DNA from: Pseudomonadota bacterium
GTDB taxonomy: Bacteria > Desulfobacterota > Anaeroferrophillalia > Anaeroferrophillales > Tharpellaceae
NCBI GenBank assembly: GCA_015486505.1
Contig: WFRP01000313.1
Coordinates: 1-43,955 of the forward strand
Direction of reading: 5' to 3'
Length of the DNA stretch: 43,955 nucleotides
Positions within the stretch are counted from its first letter, which is position 1; every line of letters starts with the position of its first letter. Both the position numbers and the translations under genes were made by a program. Shown one piece after another: positions 5,278 through 14,365 of this stretch. A model generated the notes under the pieces. That model saw nothing but the letters and a program-made list of their open reading frames with translations. It was not told the origin of the DNA and did not search any database.

Positions 5278-8085
5278 ATGAAGAAAATCAGTATAATAAA
5301 ACACATTAAATTGTGGGTGATTGTTTTTTTATTGGTGGTTGGTGCGAGTATGATTGCCCTGGATCTGACGATAACCCATAACGGTTTTCAGAGTCAGGTT
5401 GAACAATATCGCAAGCAGTATATTGATCAGCAGAAGCAGATGATTAAACAGGAGGTTGATCAGGTCGTCGCAATGATCAGGTGGAAAAAAGACCGGGCTG
5501 AGGCACTGGTCAAAGCTGAAATTAAATCCCGGGTTGAAGAAGCCTGCGCGGTGTGCAGCCATATCTACCAGCTGAACAAAAACCGAAAAAGCCCGGCTGA
5601 GATCCGGGAGATGATCATCGAGGCCTTGCGGCCGATCCGTTTTGCACAGGGCCGCGGCTACTATTTTATTACTCGTTTGGATGGCATTGAGATGCTTTTT
5701 GCCGATAAACCGGAATTTGAAGGGCGGAATTTGCTGAATATGCAGGATACGCAAGGTAAGTATGTAATTAAAGATATGATTAAATTAGTGCGGCAGTCCG
5801 GTGCGGGTTTTTATGAATATCACTGGACCAAACCCCGGGCGGCCGGCAAAGATTATAAAAAAATAGCTTTTGTTAAACGTTTTGCCCCCTTGAACTGGTT
5901 TATTGGAACCGGCTTGTATGTTGATGATGTTGAGAGGCAAATTAAAAACGATTTACTCACAGATATAAGCCGGATTCGTTTTGGCCGGGAAGGCTATGTT
6001 TTTGTTGACCGGTTAAATGGTGATGTTCTGGTAGCAAACGGCAGGCGTTTTGACGGAACCCGGAAACTGTGGCAGGTTTTCAAGGGAAAACCGGTAAAAA
6101 TCAAAGCGGTTTTTGCGAAAGAGCGCCGGGCGGCCTTGAAAGACGGTGGTGATTACATCTATTATACCTGGGGCAAATTGAGTGATCCTGATCGGGAAGC
6201 AGCCAAAGCCTCTTTCGTTTACGGCATTCCTGAACTGCAATGGCTGGTCGGGGCCGGGGTCTATCTTGATGATGTGGAGATGGCGATTGCACAGATGCAT
6301 TTCCGATTACAAAATCAGCTTAAAATAAAAATACTCATTTTTATTCTCTGTCTGTTGGCAATGATAGCTCTTTTCCTTCTCCTTTTCAACCATTTGCACC
6401 GGCAGTTGAAAAACGATTTCCGGCTCTTTAACCTGTTTTTTGATCGGGCGGCGCACTCCGATGAACCGATTAATCAGGACTTGATCCGATTTAGTGAATT
6501 CGACCGGCTGGCGGAACACGCAAATAAAATGCTCTTCGATAAAACGCTTGCCCGGCAGAAGCTTTTTGCCGAGCAACAGGCGTTGCGCGAAAGCGAACAA
6601 AAATTCCGGGAGATGGCAAATTTGCTGCCCCAGGTGGTTTATGAGGCGGATGCCCGGGGGAACATTAGTTTTATTAACCGTCAGTCCCTGGAAATGTTTG
6701 GCTATTCTGAAGCTGATGCCGATGAAAGGCTTAGTTTTTTCACTATGCTTGTACCGGAAGACCGCAGTCGGGCAGAAGAAAATATCGAAGCGGTTTTGGC
6801 CGGTAAGACCCCAGGGAACAACGAATATACCGCGTTAAGAAAAGATGGCTCCGTATTCCCGGTAATGGCTTACTCGACTCCGGTTTATCATGATGGTAAA
6901 CTTGATGGTTTTAGAGGTATCATTGTCGATATTTCCGAGCGCAAACGAATGGAAGAGGAGTTACTTAAGGTTCGCAAGCTTGAATCAGTCGGGGTTCTGG
7001 CCGGCGGCATAGCCCATGATTTCAACAATATATTGACGGCAATTTTAGGAAATATTTCTCTCGCCCTGATAAATACCGATCCTGAAAATGAAAATCATGC
7101 TTTGCTATTGGAATCGGAAAAAGCCTCCTTGCGGGCTCAGGAACTGACTCAGCAACTGTTAACCTTCGCCAAGGGCGGGGAACCGGTCAAGAAAATTGCG
7201 GCAATTGACGAGGTTATCAAAGATTCCGCCGGCTTTGTTCTCCGGGGGAGCAATGTCAGATGTGATTTTCAGTTTAGTGAAGATCTCTGGCCGGTCGTCC
7301 TTGATGCGGGGCAGATTAGTCAGGTCATTCAAAATATTATTATCAATGCGGCTCAGGCCATGCCGGGCGGCGGTCGGATTGTGATATTCTGCACGAACTG
7401 TAATCTGAATTTGAATTCCGTCGTTCCCGTAAGCCCGGGCAATTATATAAAAATTATCATCAAAGATCAGGGGATCGGTATTCCTGCAGATATGCTTGAT
7501 AAAATATTTGATCCTTATTTTACAACCAAACAACAAGGCAGCGGTTTAGGCCTGGCGATAACCCATTCCATCATCAAAAAACATAAGGGCTACCTTGCGG
7601 TGGATTCCCGTCTGGGGCAAGGCACGACTTTTACAATCTATCTTCCCGCAGCCCAAAACAAAACCGGGTCTGAAACCCGGGATGTTATTGCGGCACCGCT
7701 GCCCTGTTCGGGCCGGATAATGATTATGGATGATGAAGAGACGATCCGGGCTCTGCTTAGCAGGACCCTCTCACGGGCTGGTTATGAAGTGGTGGCGGTT
7801 AATGATGGAGAACAAGCCGTTTTACTCTATAAAAAAGCGTTGGCGGCAGAGCAGTCAATTGATCTTGTCATTATGGATCTGACGATTCCGGGTGGTATGG
7901 GCGGTAAAGATGCTGTCCGAGAGATCCTTAAAATTAATCCGGAGGCCAAAGTTGCGGTTTCCAGCGGTTATTCCAATGATCCGGTAATAGCCAATTTCAG
8001 TGAATACGGTTTTTGTGGTGCGCTGGGAAAACCATTTAAGGTTTCAAGGGTGCTGGAATTTGTGGCCCAAGTTCTTAACGGCTGA
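5278..8085 (+). CDS. Hybrid sensor histidine kinase (TM, double Cache-like periplasmic region, PAS, HisKA, HATPase, REC)
   Basis: H-box AHDFNNILTAILG and a G-box region (GSGLGLAITHSII). C-terminal receiver IMIMDDEE...MDLTIPGGMGG. Two Cache-like repeats (YYFITRLDG…, GYVFVDRLNG…). Confidence 0.92.
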   Translation: MKKISIIKHIKLWVIVFLLVVGASMIALDLTITHNGFQSQVEQYRKQYIDQQKQMIKQEVDQVVAMIRWKKDRAEALVKAEIKSRVEEACAVCSHIYQLNKNRKSPAEIREMIIEALRPIRFAQGRGYYFITRLDGIEMLFADKPEFEGRNLLNMQDTQGKYVIKDMIKLVRQSGAGFYEYHWTKPRAAGKDYKKIAFVKRFAPLNWFIGTGLYVDDVERQIKNDLLTDISRIRFGREGYVFVDRLNGDVLVANGRRFDGTRKLWQVFKGKPVKIKAVFAKERRAALKDGGDYIYYTWGKLSDPDREAAKASFVYGIPELQWLVGAGVYLDDVEMAIAQMHFRLQNQLKIKILIFILCLLAMIALFLLLFNHLHRQLKNDFRLFNLFFDRAAHSDEPINQDLIRFSEFDRLAEHANKMLFDKTLARQKLFAEQQALRESEQKFREMANLLPQVVYEADARGNISFINRQSLEMFGYSEADADERLSFFTMLVPEDRSRAEENIEAVLAGKTPGNNEYTALRKDGSVFPVMAYSTPVYHDGKLDGFRGIIVDISERKRMEEELLKVRKLESVGVLAGGIAHDFNNILTAILGNISLALINTDPENENHALLLESEKASLRAQELTQQLLTFAKGGEPVKKIAAIDEVIKDSAGFVLRGSNVRCDFQFSEDLWPVVLDAGQISQVIQNIIINAAQAMPGGGRIVIFCTNCNLNLNSVVPVSPGNYIKIIIKDQGIGIPADMLDKIFDPYFTTKQQGSGLGLAITHSIIKKHKGYLAVDSRLGQGTTFTIYLPAAQNKTGSETRDVIAAPLPCSGRIMIMDDEETIRALLSRTLSRAGYEVVAVNDGEQAVLLYKKALAAEQSIDLVIMDLTIPGGMGGKDAVREILKINPEAKVAVSSGYSNDPVIANFSEYGFCGALGKPFKVSRVLEFVAQVLNG

Positions 8086-8153
8086 GCACCGCATTCATAC
8101 CGTACATTATTCAGTTAAATAGCAGTATTTTCAGGTAAAAGGGGACGTGAATT

Positions 8154-10205
8154 ATGAAAATACAAAGAATCAGCTTTCGAATTTTACTTCCGGCATTTAT
8201 AATAACTATAGTATTTTCCATCGTTCTCTATTATGTCGCGAGCTCTAAACTCACCGGCATTATCGAGCAAAATCTCAGCCAAAACACCAATGACAAAATT
8301 GCGGATATTGCCGTCAGCGAAAAACGTATCGCCAACGCCATGCTGGCTCAGGCCGCGCTCTTCAGTCAGGCTCAAGCAATTCAAAATGCGTATCTTACAG
8401 CCTACAAAGGGGATATCCACAACGAAAAAGACCCCGAGATGGAGAAAGCCCGTAAACAGCTTAGAGACTACTTTGATTCGATTGAAAAAGGTTACATGAA
8501 GACCAGTCAGGGGAAGCATTTTCGCATACATTTCCACCTGCCCCCGGCCCGCAGTCTTTTGCGCTTATGGAAAACCAAACAACATAAAAGTGATGATTTA
8601 AGCTCTTTCCGTAATACCGTTAAAACTATCAGCCAGGGTGAGCACACACCGCTGGCCGGGATTGAAATCGGCCGGGGCGGTTTTGCCATTCGCGGGCTGG
8701 CCCCGGTAATCACCGATTCCGGCCGTTATCTGGGTTCGGTCGAGGTGCTTTCCTCGTATGATCCCCTGGTTAAATACGGCATCTCCAATAAACATGAATA
8801 TATAGCCGTGTATATGAAAAAAGAGTTTCTGCCGATTGCAACCCGGCTGCATGATCGCAGCAAACATCCGTTGGTTGGTGAAAATTTCGTCTATGTTTCC
8901 TCAACCGATAAGGTTGTCACCGATAAACTTATAAGTCCGCAAATCCTTGCTTCCGGCAGCCAGAATATCAATATGCGGCGCATCGGTGATTTTTTTACCG
9001 CGGTTTTCCCGGTCAAAGATTTCAGCGGCAAAGTGATCGGGGTCATGGCTTATGGCTACGATGCGGCTAATGTCTACTCAACTATCACCAAAGCTAAAAT
9101 CAGCATCCTGATGATATGCTTAGCCCTTATTTTATGTATTTTAATCCCGCTGTTACTGACCGTACGTTCAGTCACTAAACCCATCAACCTGACCACCGAG
9201 ATGGTTAAAGATATTGCCGAAGGCAATGGCGATCTGACCAAGCGACTGACCATCTTCAAACAGGATGAAATCGGTGAAATGTCCGGTTATTTCAATCTCT
9301 TTCTTGATAAACTTCAGTCCTTGATCCGCCAGATTAAAGATAATTCCAATGGCATCAATTCGGCATCGAACGAATTTCAGGAGGTTGCGGACCGGATGTT
9401 CAAAAGTGCTCAAGAGAGCTCGGAACGCGCGCATACGGTCGCGACCGCGGCCCAGGAGATGAGCAGCAATCTGCATGGTGTTGCCGCCGCGATGGAAGAG
9501 TCAAGTACGAATACAAATCTGGTGGCAGCCGCAACCGCAGAGATGTCTTCAACTATAAATAATTTATCCGACAATGCCCAAAAAACTCAGACTATATCCA
9601 ACTCCGCGGTTGAAAAAGCCCAAGCCGTATCCCGCCAGATGGCCGGGCTGGGTGAAGCTGCGGTCGGTATTGGTGAAGTCCTGGCAACGATTACCAAAAT
9701 TTCCGGACAGGTAAACCTGCTCGCCCTGAACGCAACCATTGAAGCCGCCCGCGCCGGGGAGGCCGGTAAAGGTTTCGCGGTGGTCGCCGGTGAAATTAAA
9801 ACTTTGGCGAATCAGACCGCTGAAGCCGCTTCCGAGATTCGGACTAAAGTTGAAGCGATTCAGAAAAGTTCCAGCGAAAACATTGCCGGCATCGAGGATA
9901 TCTCAAATATTATTGCCGAGATTAATGAGTTGATCGATTTGGTTACGGACGCCGCCGGAGAACAATCCCAGGCCACCGCGGAGATCACCGGCAGTATTAC
10001 TCAGGTTTCCCGGGGTATTCTGGAAGTTAATGAAAATGTTAATCAAAGTTCTTCAGTCGCGGAAGGGATTACTCGTGACATCGCCGGCGTGGACAACTCG
10101 GCACAAAGCGTGAGAAATAACAGTGATCAACTGAAAATTAACGCTGAGAACTTAAGCAGAACGGCGGCTCGGCTTGGCGCTGTAGTCGGCGAATTCAAAA
10201 TATAA
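8154..10205 (+). CDS. Methyl-accepting chemotaxis protein with a Cache-type sensor and HAMP
   Basis: Conserved MCP signalling hairpin [32 protein letters not shown]-terminal TM, a Cache-like region and a second TM. Confidence 0.93.
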   Translation: MKIQRISFRILLPAFIITIVFSIVLYYVASSKLTGIIEQNLSQNTNDKIADIAVSEKRIANAMLAQAALFSQAQAIQNAYLTAYKGDIHNEKDPEMEKARKQLRDYFDSIEKGYMKTSQGKHFRIHFHLPPARSLLRLWKTKQHKSDDLSSFRNTVKTISQGEHTPLAGIEIGRGGFAIRGLAPVITDSGRYLGSVEVLSSYDPLVKYGISNKHEYIAVYMKKEFLPIATRLHDRSKHPLVGENFVYVSSTDKVVTDKLISPQILASGSQNINMRRIGDFFTAVFPVKDFSGKVIGVMAYGYDAANVYSTITKAKISILMICLALILCILIPLLLTVRSVTKPINLTTEMVKDIAEGNGDLTKRLTIFKQDEIGEMSGYFNLFLDKLQSLIRQIKDNSNGINSASNEFQEVADRMFKSAQESSERAHTVATAAQEMSSNLHGVAAAMEESSTNTNLVAAATAEMSSTINNLSDNAQKTQTISNSAVEKAQAVSRQMAGLGEAAVGIGEVLATITKISGQVNLLALNATIEAARAGEAGKGFAVVAGEIKTLANQTAEAASEIRTKVEAIQKSSSENIAGIEDISNIIAEINELIDLVTDAAGEQSQATAEITGSITQVSRGILEVNENVNQSSSVAEGITRDIAGVDNSAQSVRNNSDQLKINAENLSRTAARLGAVVGEFKI

Positions 10206-10207
10206 GT

Positions 10208-10718
10208 GTAACTATTCAGCCAAATTTTACCCCCCCCCACCTTCTGGAGGGGGCGGGGGTGGTTTTTCGTAAGTGGTTGCGGAAACGATTTCGTTGTTTT
10301 TCGGAAGCGAGCGGGAGCCCATTAGTACCTTACAGGTTATTTTCTGCACCAAAAAACAAGATTTAATAATCAGAAAATGTTCTGATAAGAGTACTTATTT
10401 GCGGGTCGCAAGGCCCCGTTTGGGTTGCGGGATCTGTTCCCGCATTAGTGCCTTACAGGTTATTTTCTGTACCAAAAAACAAGATTTAACAGTCAGAAAA
10501 TGTTCTGATAAGAGTACTTATTTGCGACCATCGGATTGCCCCTGGGTGCGGGCTGAAAAGCCCTGTTTGGGTTGCGGGAGCTGTTCCCGCATCGGCATTG
10601 CAACTGTTTGAGCGTAGCGAGTTTTGCAAGGCGGGCGCAGCGAGCGTAAGGAAAAACAGAAATCTTAACGCCTGGCGGAGAAAAACCGCGCCCGACCCCG
10701 GATTCGGCTGAATAGTTA
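10208..10718 (+). mobile_element. T-family TIR element, long composite form (T1), carrying H-M array C internally
   Basis: Perfect 14-bp termini GTAACTATTCAGCC (10208-10221) and GGCTGAATAGTTAC (10705-10718). Left and right parts are collinear with the short copy at 16190-16367. The extra 325 bp (10314-10638) is bracketed by AGCGAGCG at 10306-10313 and 10639-10646. No clear TSD. Confidence 0.75.
10321..10594 (+). repeat. H-M repeat array C. Unit 1 is 10321-10443 (short M) and unit 2 is 10444-10590 (long M). Both have loop L1.
   Basis: ATTAGTACCTTACAGGTTATTTTC...GAAAATGTTCTGATAAGAGTACTTATTTGCG...GGGTTGCGGGAKCTGTTCCCGC occurs twice. The array ends in ATCG. Confidence 0.9.
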
Positions 10719-10807
10719 CTAAATAATTTTCAAAAAAAATCATTAAAGACATAAAAACAACCACTTATAACAATTCAGAAAAACTTTCTCACCCGGGAAC
10801 ACAAGCT

Positions 10808-11785
10808 ATGACCAATGAGTTTGCTGCTTTTGAACAGTGTCAAAACCCGGCGGTCCGTCTCGACCGGCGCCGACAGGATCTGCACAAGGTTGTCAATCAA
10901 CTGACCAAAACCTGCCTCAGCGGGGAGTGCTTTGAGCATCTTGCCCCGCAGCCGATCCCGTTGCGGGACAATACGATTGCCATTGTCAAACAGGCGCGCA
11001 AGCTGCTTTTCCCCGGTTATTTCACCCAGACGCGGATAGACCCGGTCAATCTCAAATACTATCTCGGCCAGGAGCTTTCCGAACTCCATGAGATGCTCGG
11101 CAATCAGATTATTCTGGCGATCCGCCATGACTGTCTGCGCTACAATGACAGCTGTGTCAACTGCGAAGAGCGCGGCCTCGACGCGGCCTCGGATTTTGTC
11201 AAAAGACTCCCGGAACTCCGGCGGATTCTGGCAACCGATGTCAATGCCGCGATGGAAGGCGACCCGGCCGCGAAAAGTGTTGATCAGGTAATTTTCAGCT
11301 ACCCCGGCCTTTTTGCCATCTCGATCTATCGCATGGCTCACGTTTTACATCATTTGCAAGTTCCCCTGCTGCCGCGGATGATGACTGAATACGCCCATAA
11401 CCTGACCGGAATCGACATCAATCCCGGCGCTCATATCTCTGAAAGTTTTTTCATTGACCACGGTACCGGCATCGTCATCGGCGAAACCACAAAAATCGGC
11501 AAAGGGGCGCGCATCTATCAGGGAGTTACTCTAGGCGCGCTGTCACTGCCGCGGGATGCCGGCGAGAGCCTGCGCCACACCAAACGCCATCCGACAATTG
11601 AGGATGACGTTATTATCTATGCCGGAGCTACGATTCTCGGCGGTAAAACCACAATCGGCGCCCGTTCGGTTATCGGCGGCAATGTCTGGCTTACCGCCTC
11701 GGTGCCGCCCGACACCAGGGTTCTGCAGAAAAGCCAACCGCCGCTTTATTGTGAAGACGGCGTCTGTGTCCCCCAAAACCAATAG
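10808..11785 (+). CDS. cysE: Serine O-acetyltransferase (long-N-terminus form)
   Basis: GDPAAKS, YPGLFAISIYRMAH, hexapeptide region IDINPGAHI...IDHGTGIVIGETTKIG, and KRHPTIEDDVIIYAGATILGG. Confidence 0.9.
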   Translation: MTNEFAAFEQCQNPAVRLDRRRQDLHKVVNQLTKTCLSGECFEHLAPQPIPLRDNTIAIVKQARKLLFPGYFTQTRIDPVNLKYYLGQELSELHEMLGNQIILAIRHDCLRYNDSCVNCEERGLDAASDFVKRLPELRRILATDVNAAMEGDPAAKSVDQVIFSYPGLFAISIYRMAHVLHHLQVPLLPRMMTEYAHNLTGIDINPGAHISESFFIDHGTGIVIGETTKIGKGARIYQGVTLGALSLPRDAGESLRHTKRHPTIEDDVIIYAGATILGGKTTIGARSVIGGNVWLTASVPPDTRVLQKSQPPLYCEDGVCVPQNQ

Positions 11786-11787
11786 TC

Positions 11788-12049
11788 TGATGCGGGAACA
11801 AGCCCCGCAACCCAATCGGGCATTTTCGGCCCGTACCCAGGGGCACTTCCTCTGATCGCAAATAAGTACTCTTATCAGAACATTTTCTGATTATTAAATC
11901 TTGTTTTTTGGTGCAGAAAATAACCTGTAAGGTACTGATGCGGGAATAATCCCCGCAACCCAATCGGGCCTTTTCGGCCCGCAAATAAGTGCTCTTATCA
12001 GAACATTTTCTTGTTTTTTCAAACCGAAAATAACCTGTAAGGTACTAAT
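11788..12049 (-). repeat. H-M repeat array D. Two units. Read on +: M(long)-H(L1)-M(short)-H(L4).
   Basis: It begins 2 nt after the cysE stop codon. Both unit junctions carry TGAT instead of TAAT, and both M modules carry the AACCCAATCGGG variant. Confidence 0.9.
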
Positions 12050-12098
12050 TAGCTACAAATTTCAGCCTGGAAATTTATCTGTCATGGAGAGGTAATCA

Positions 12099-13385
12099 AT
12101 GAAGAGCATGTTAGAACCGGATCATACCATCTTAAAGAAAATACTTCTGGTCGAAGATGATCATTTCTTTGGCACTATGCTGCAGCGTAATTTTGCCCAG
12201 GAAAGTGATCTTGAAACAGTCTGGGCCCAGAGCCTGGCCGAAGGCCGCGAGCTTATGGCTTCCGGCGAACACGATTTTTTTGCGGCCGTCCTCGACTTCA
12301 ACCTTCCCGATGCCCCCCAGGGTGAAATCATTCCCATTGTTCTGGAACGTCATATCCCGGTTATTGTTTTTACGGCCAGCAGTGATATCGAAATTCGCGA
12401 GAAGGTCTGGTCTTACAACGTAGTTGACTATATTTTCAAGGATGACACCAACAGTGTTGAATATCTTATCTCAATGATTCGGCGTCTGGAAATCAATCCC
12501 CGGAGCCGGGTATTGGTGGTTGATGATTCATCTTTTTTTCGCAAGGTGCTGGTTGATCTTTTAAAAACCCATCTTTTTCAGGTATCCTCCGCGGCCAACG
12601 GCAAAGAAGCTCTGGCTTTAATTGATAAGTCTCCGGACTTCAAACTGGTTTTAACCGATTTTGATATGCCGGAAATGGATGGGCTCAAACTGACGCAAAA
12701 ACTGCGTCAACGCTTCCGGCGCGACGAATTGGCAATCATCGGCATCTCTGCCGCCGGGGACAAACTGGCGGCGGCCAACTTTATCAAAAGCGGCGCCAAT
12801 GATTTCATTATCAAGCAGGACTTTATGACCGAAGAGTTCTACAGCCGAGTGCTCCAGAACATTGAAAATATAGAGCGTTCGCAAATGATTTTCGAAATGT
12901 CGATTAAAGATCATTTGACCGGGCTCTATAACCGGCGTTATCTTTTTGATTCCGGAACCAAATTTCTGGCCCGGTCCCGGCGCCAGGAAACAACCATGGT
13001 TTGCGCCATGCTGGACATCGATTTTTTCAAGAAAGTTAATGACAACTATGGCCACGATGTCGGGGATCTGGTTCTGCGCAGCCTCGGGAAAATCCTGTCG
13101 GCAAGTTTCAGAGACACCGATATTGTCGCCCGTTTCGGGGGTGAGGAGTTCTGCGTCCTCGCCGTCGATCTAGACGCAAACAGCGCCTTGAAATTATTCG
13201 AAAAACTCCGCGAGAAAGTTGCCGCCGCCACGATTACCTCAAGCAAAGGGGAGACCTTATCGGTAACTGTCAGTATCGGCGTCTGCGTTCAGCTTGCGGA
13301 AAGTCTGGAAGAAATGATAAAAACGGCCGACGAACGACTCTATAAGGCAAAAGATAACGGCCGCAACCAGGTTATAATTGATTGA
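12099..13385 (+). CDS. Response regulator diguanylate cyclase (REC-REC-GGDEF, PleD-like)
   Basis: Two receiver-like domains (LLVEDDHFF…, VLVVDDSSFF…DFDMPEMDG). GGDEF domain with active site RFGGEEFCVL. Confidence 0.92.
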   Translation: MKSMLEPDHTILKKILLVEDDHFFGTMLQRNFAQESDLETVWAQSLAEGRELMASGEHDFFAAVLDFNLPDAPQGEIIPIVLERHIPVIVFTASSDIEIREKVWSYNVVDYIFKDDTNSVEYLISMIRRLEINPRSRVLVVDDSSFFRKVLVDLLKTHLFQVSSAANGKEALALIDKSPDFKLVLTDFDMPEMDGLKLTQKLRQRFRRDELAIIGISAAGDKLAAANFIKSGANDFIIKQDFMTEEFYSRVLQNIENIERSQMIFEMSIKDHLTGLYNRRYLFDSGTKFLARSRRQETTMVCAMLDIDFFKKVNDNYGHDVGDLVLRSLGKILSASFRDTDIVARFGGEEFCVLAVDLDANSALKLFEKLREKVAAATITSSKGETLSVTVSIGVCVQLAESLEEMIKTADERLYKAKDNGRNQVIID

Positions 13386-13425
13386 ATTTCCCTCAACCCG
13401 AAAAGCACACCTGCGGCCTCTTTAA

Positions 13426-13740
13426 ATGCCGACAAAAAATTTACCTGAAGATATCGAGCGCGATTTTACCGCGGCGGCGGCCCTGCACCAGCGCGCCGTA
13501 GCGGATTACACAAAATGCCTGGAATTTAACAAAACCCTGGCCCGGCTCCTGGATAAACTGGAAGATTGCGATCAGCTTAAACTGGCGAACAAGGTAATGG
13601 GCATCCTGATTGACTGCAGTCCCAAAGAAGGCGGTCACTGCGATCAAGCCACGCAGATCGACAATAAAATCAATTCCTTGACAAAAACCTGGAGGAAAGA
13701 AAAAAATAAAGAGACCGGATCAATAATCCGGCCTCTTTAG
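13426..13740 (+). CDS. Hypothetical small protein (104 aa)
   Basis: Open frame with an ATG but no convincing SD and no recognised motifs. Its 3' end runs into the U2 flank. Confidence 0.35.
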   Translation: MPTKNLPEDIERDFTAAAALHQRAVADYTKCLEFNKTLARLLDKLEDCDQLKLANKVMGILIDCSPKEGGHCDQATQIDNKINSLTKTWRKEKNKETGSIIRPL

Positions 13741-13879
13741 GGTTCCTTTAAAAATAGAAATTTTGTTCAAGAACAAGGTTGTCGAGGATTTTAACCGGAG
13801 GAATACATTGAGTATTTTGAGGATTAAAATTTGAGACTAACGCAGTTATTGGGCAAGAGAGCAATTTTTCGAGGTTCCC
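13740..13879. mobile_element. U-family MITE-like element (U2), 140 bp
   Basis: Reverse-complement copy of U1 (4812-4952). Flanks are TTTA (13736-13739) and TTAA (13880-13883), a 3/4 match. Confidence 0.8.
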
Positions 13880-13908
13880 TTAAGATTTTGAATTGCCGAC
13901 AGACCCTG

Positions 13909-14337
13909 TCAGCGCAGCAGGAATACCGGCAGGTGGCATTCCTGAATGACTTTGTTGGCGACCGAGCCGAACATCACGTTCGACAATTTACCGGAACCAT
14001 TCGGCGAAATAATAACGAAATCCACCCCTTCCCGGGCCGCCGCCCGACAGATCATCTCCGCCGGATTACCGCGTTCAAGAATGCTGTCGGCGAGCACGCC
14101 GGCATTCTCCAACTCCTGCCGGTGTTTCTCGAGAACCTTCTCACAATGAGCGATTGACTGCGCCGTAATCAGCTCCACCTGACTTTGCTGAAAACCGTGA
14201 TATTCAAGCTGTGAGACCGAAACCACAATCATCAGAGTCACCGACATCGGCATCCGCTCTTTCATTTTGATAATATATTGCAGCACCCGATGTGCTGCCA
14301 GCGAATCATCAACCGGAACTAAAACCCGTACAGACAT
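13909..14337 (-). CDS. Universal stress protein family (UspA)
   Basis: MSVRVLVPVDDS… and the C-terminal ATP-binding-like segment GSGKLSNVMFGSVANKVIQECHLPVFLL. GGAGG upstream of the ATG. Confidence 0.88.
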   Translation of the reverse strand: MSVRVLVPVDDSLAAHRVLQYIIKMKERMPMSVTLMIVVSVSQLEYHGFQQSQVELITAQSIAHCEKVLEKHRQELENAGVLADSILERGNPAEMICRAAAREGVDFVIISPNGSGKLSNVMFGSVANKVIQECHLPVFLLR

Positions 14338-14365
14338 AAATACCTCCAGTAACTACTCGGTTCTC

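Noticed and set aside
10321-10400. Integron attC site interpretation of hairpin H (bulged bases, unpaired centre, variable apex)
   Set aside because: There are no R''/R' core sites (RYYYAAC / GTTRRRY) at the stem base, no cassette ORFs between sites and no intI. The analogy is kept only as a structural comparison.
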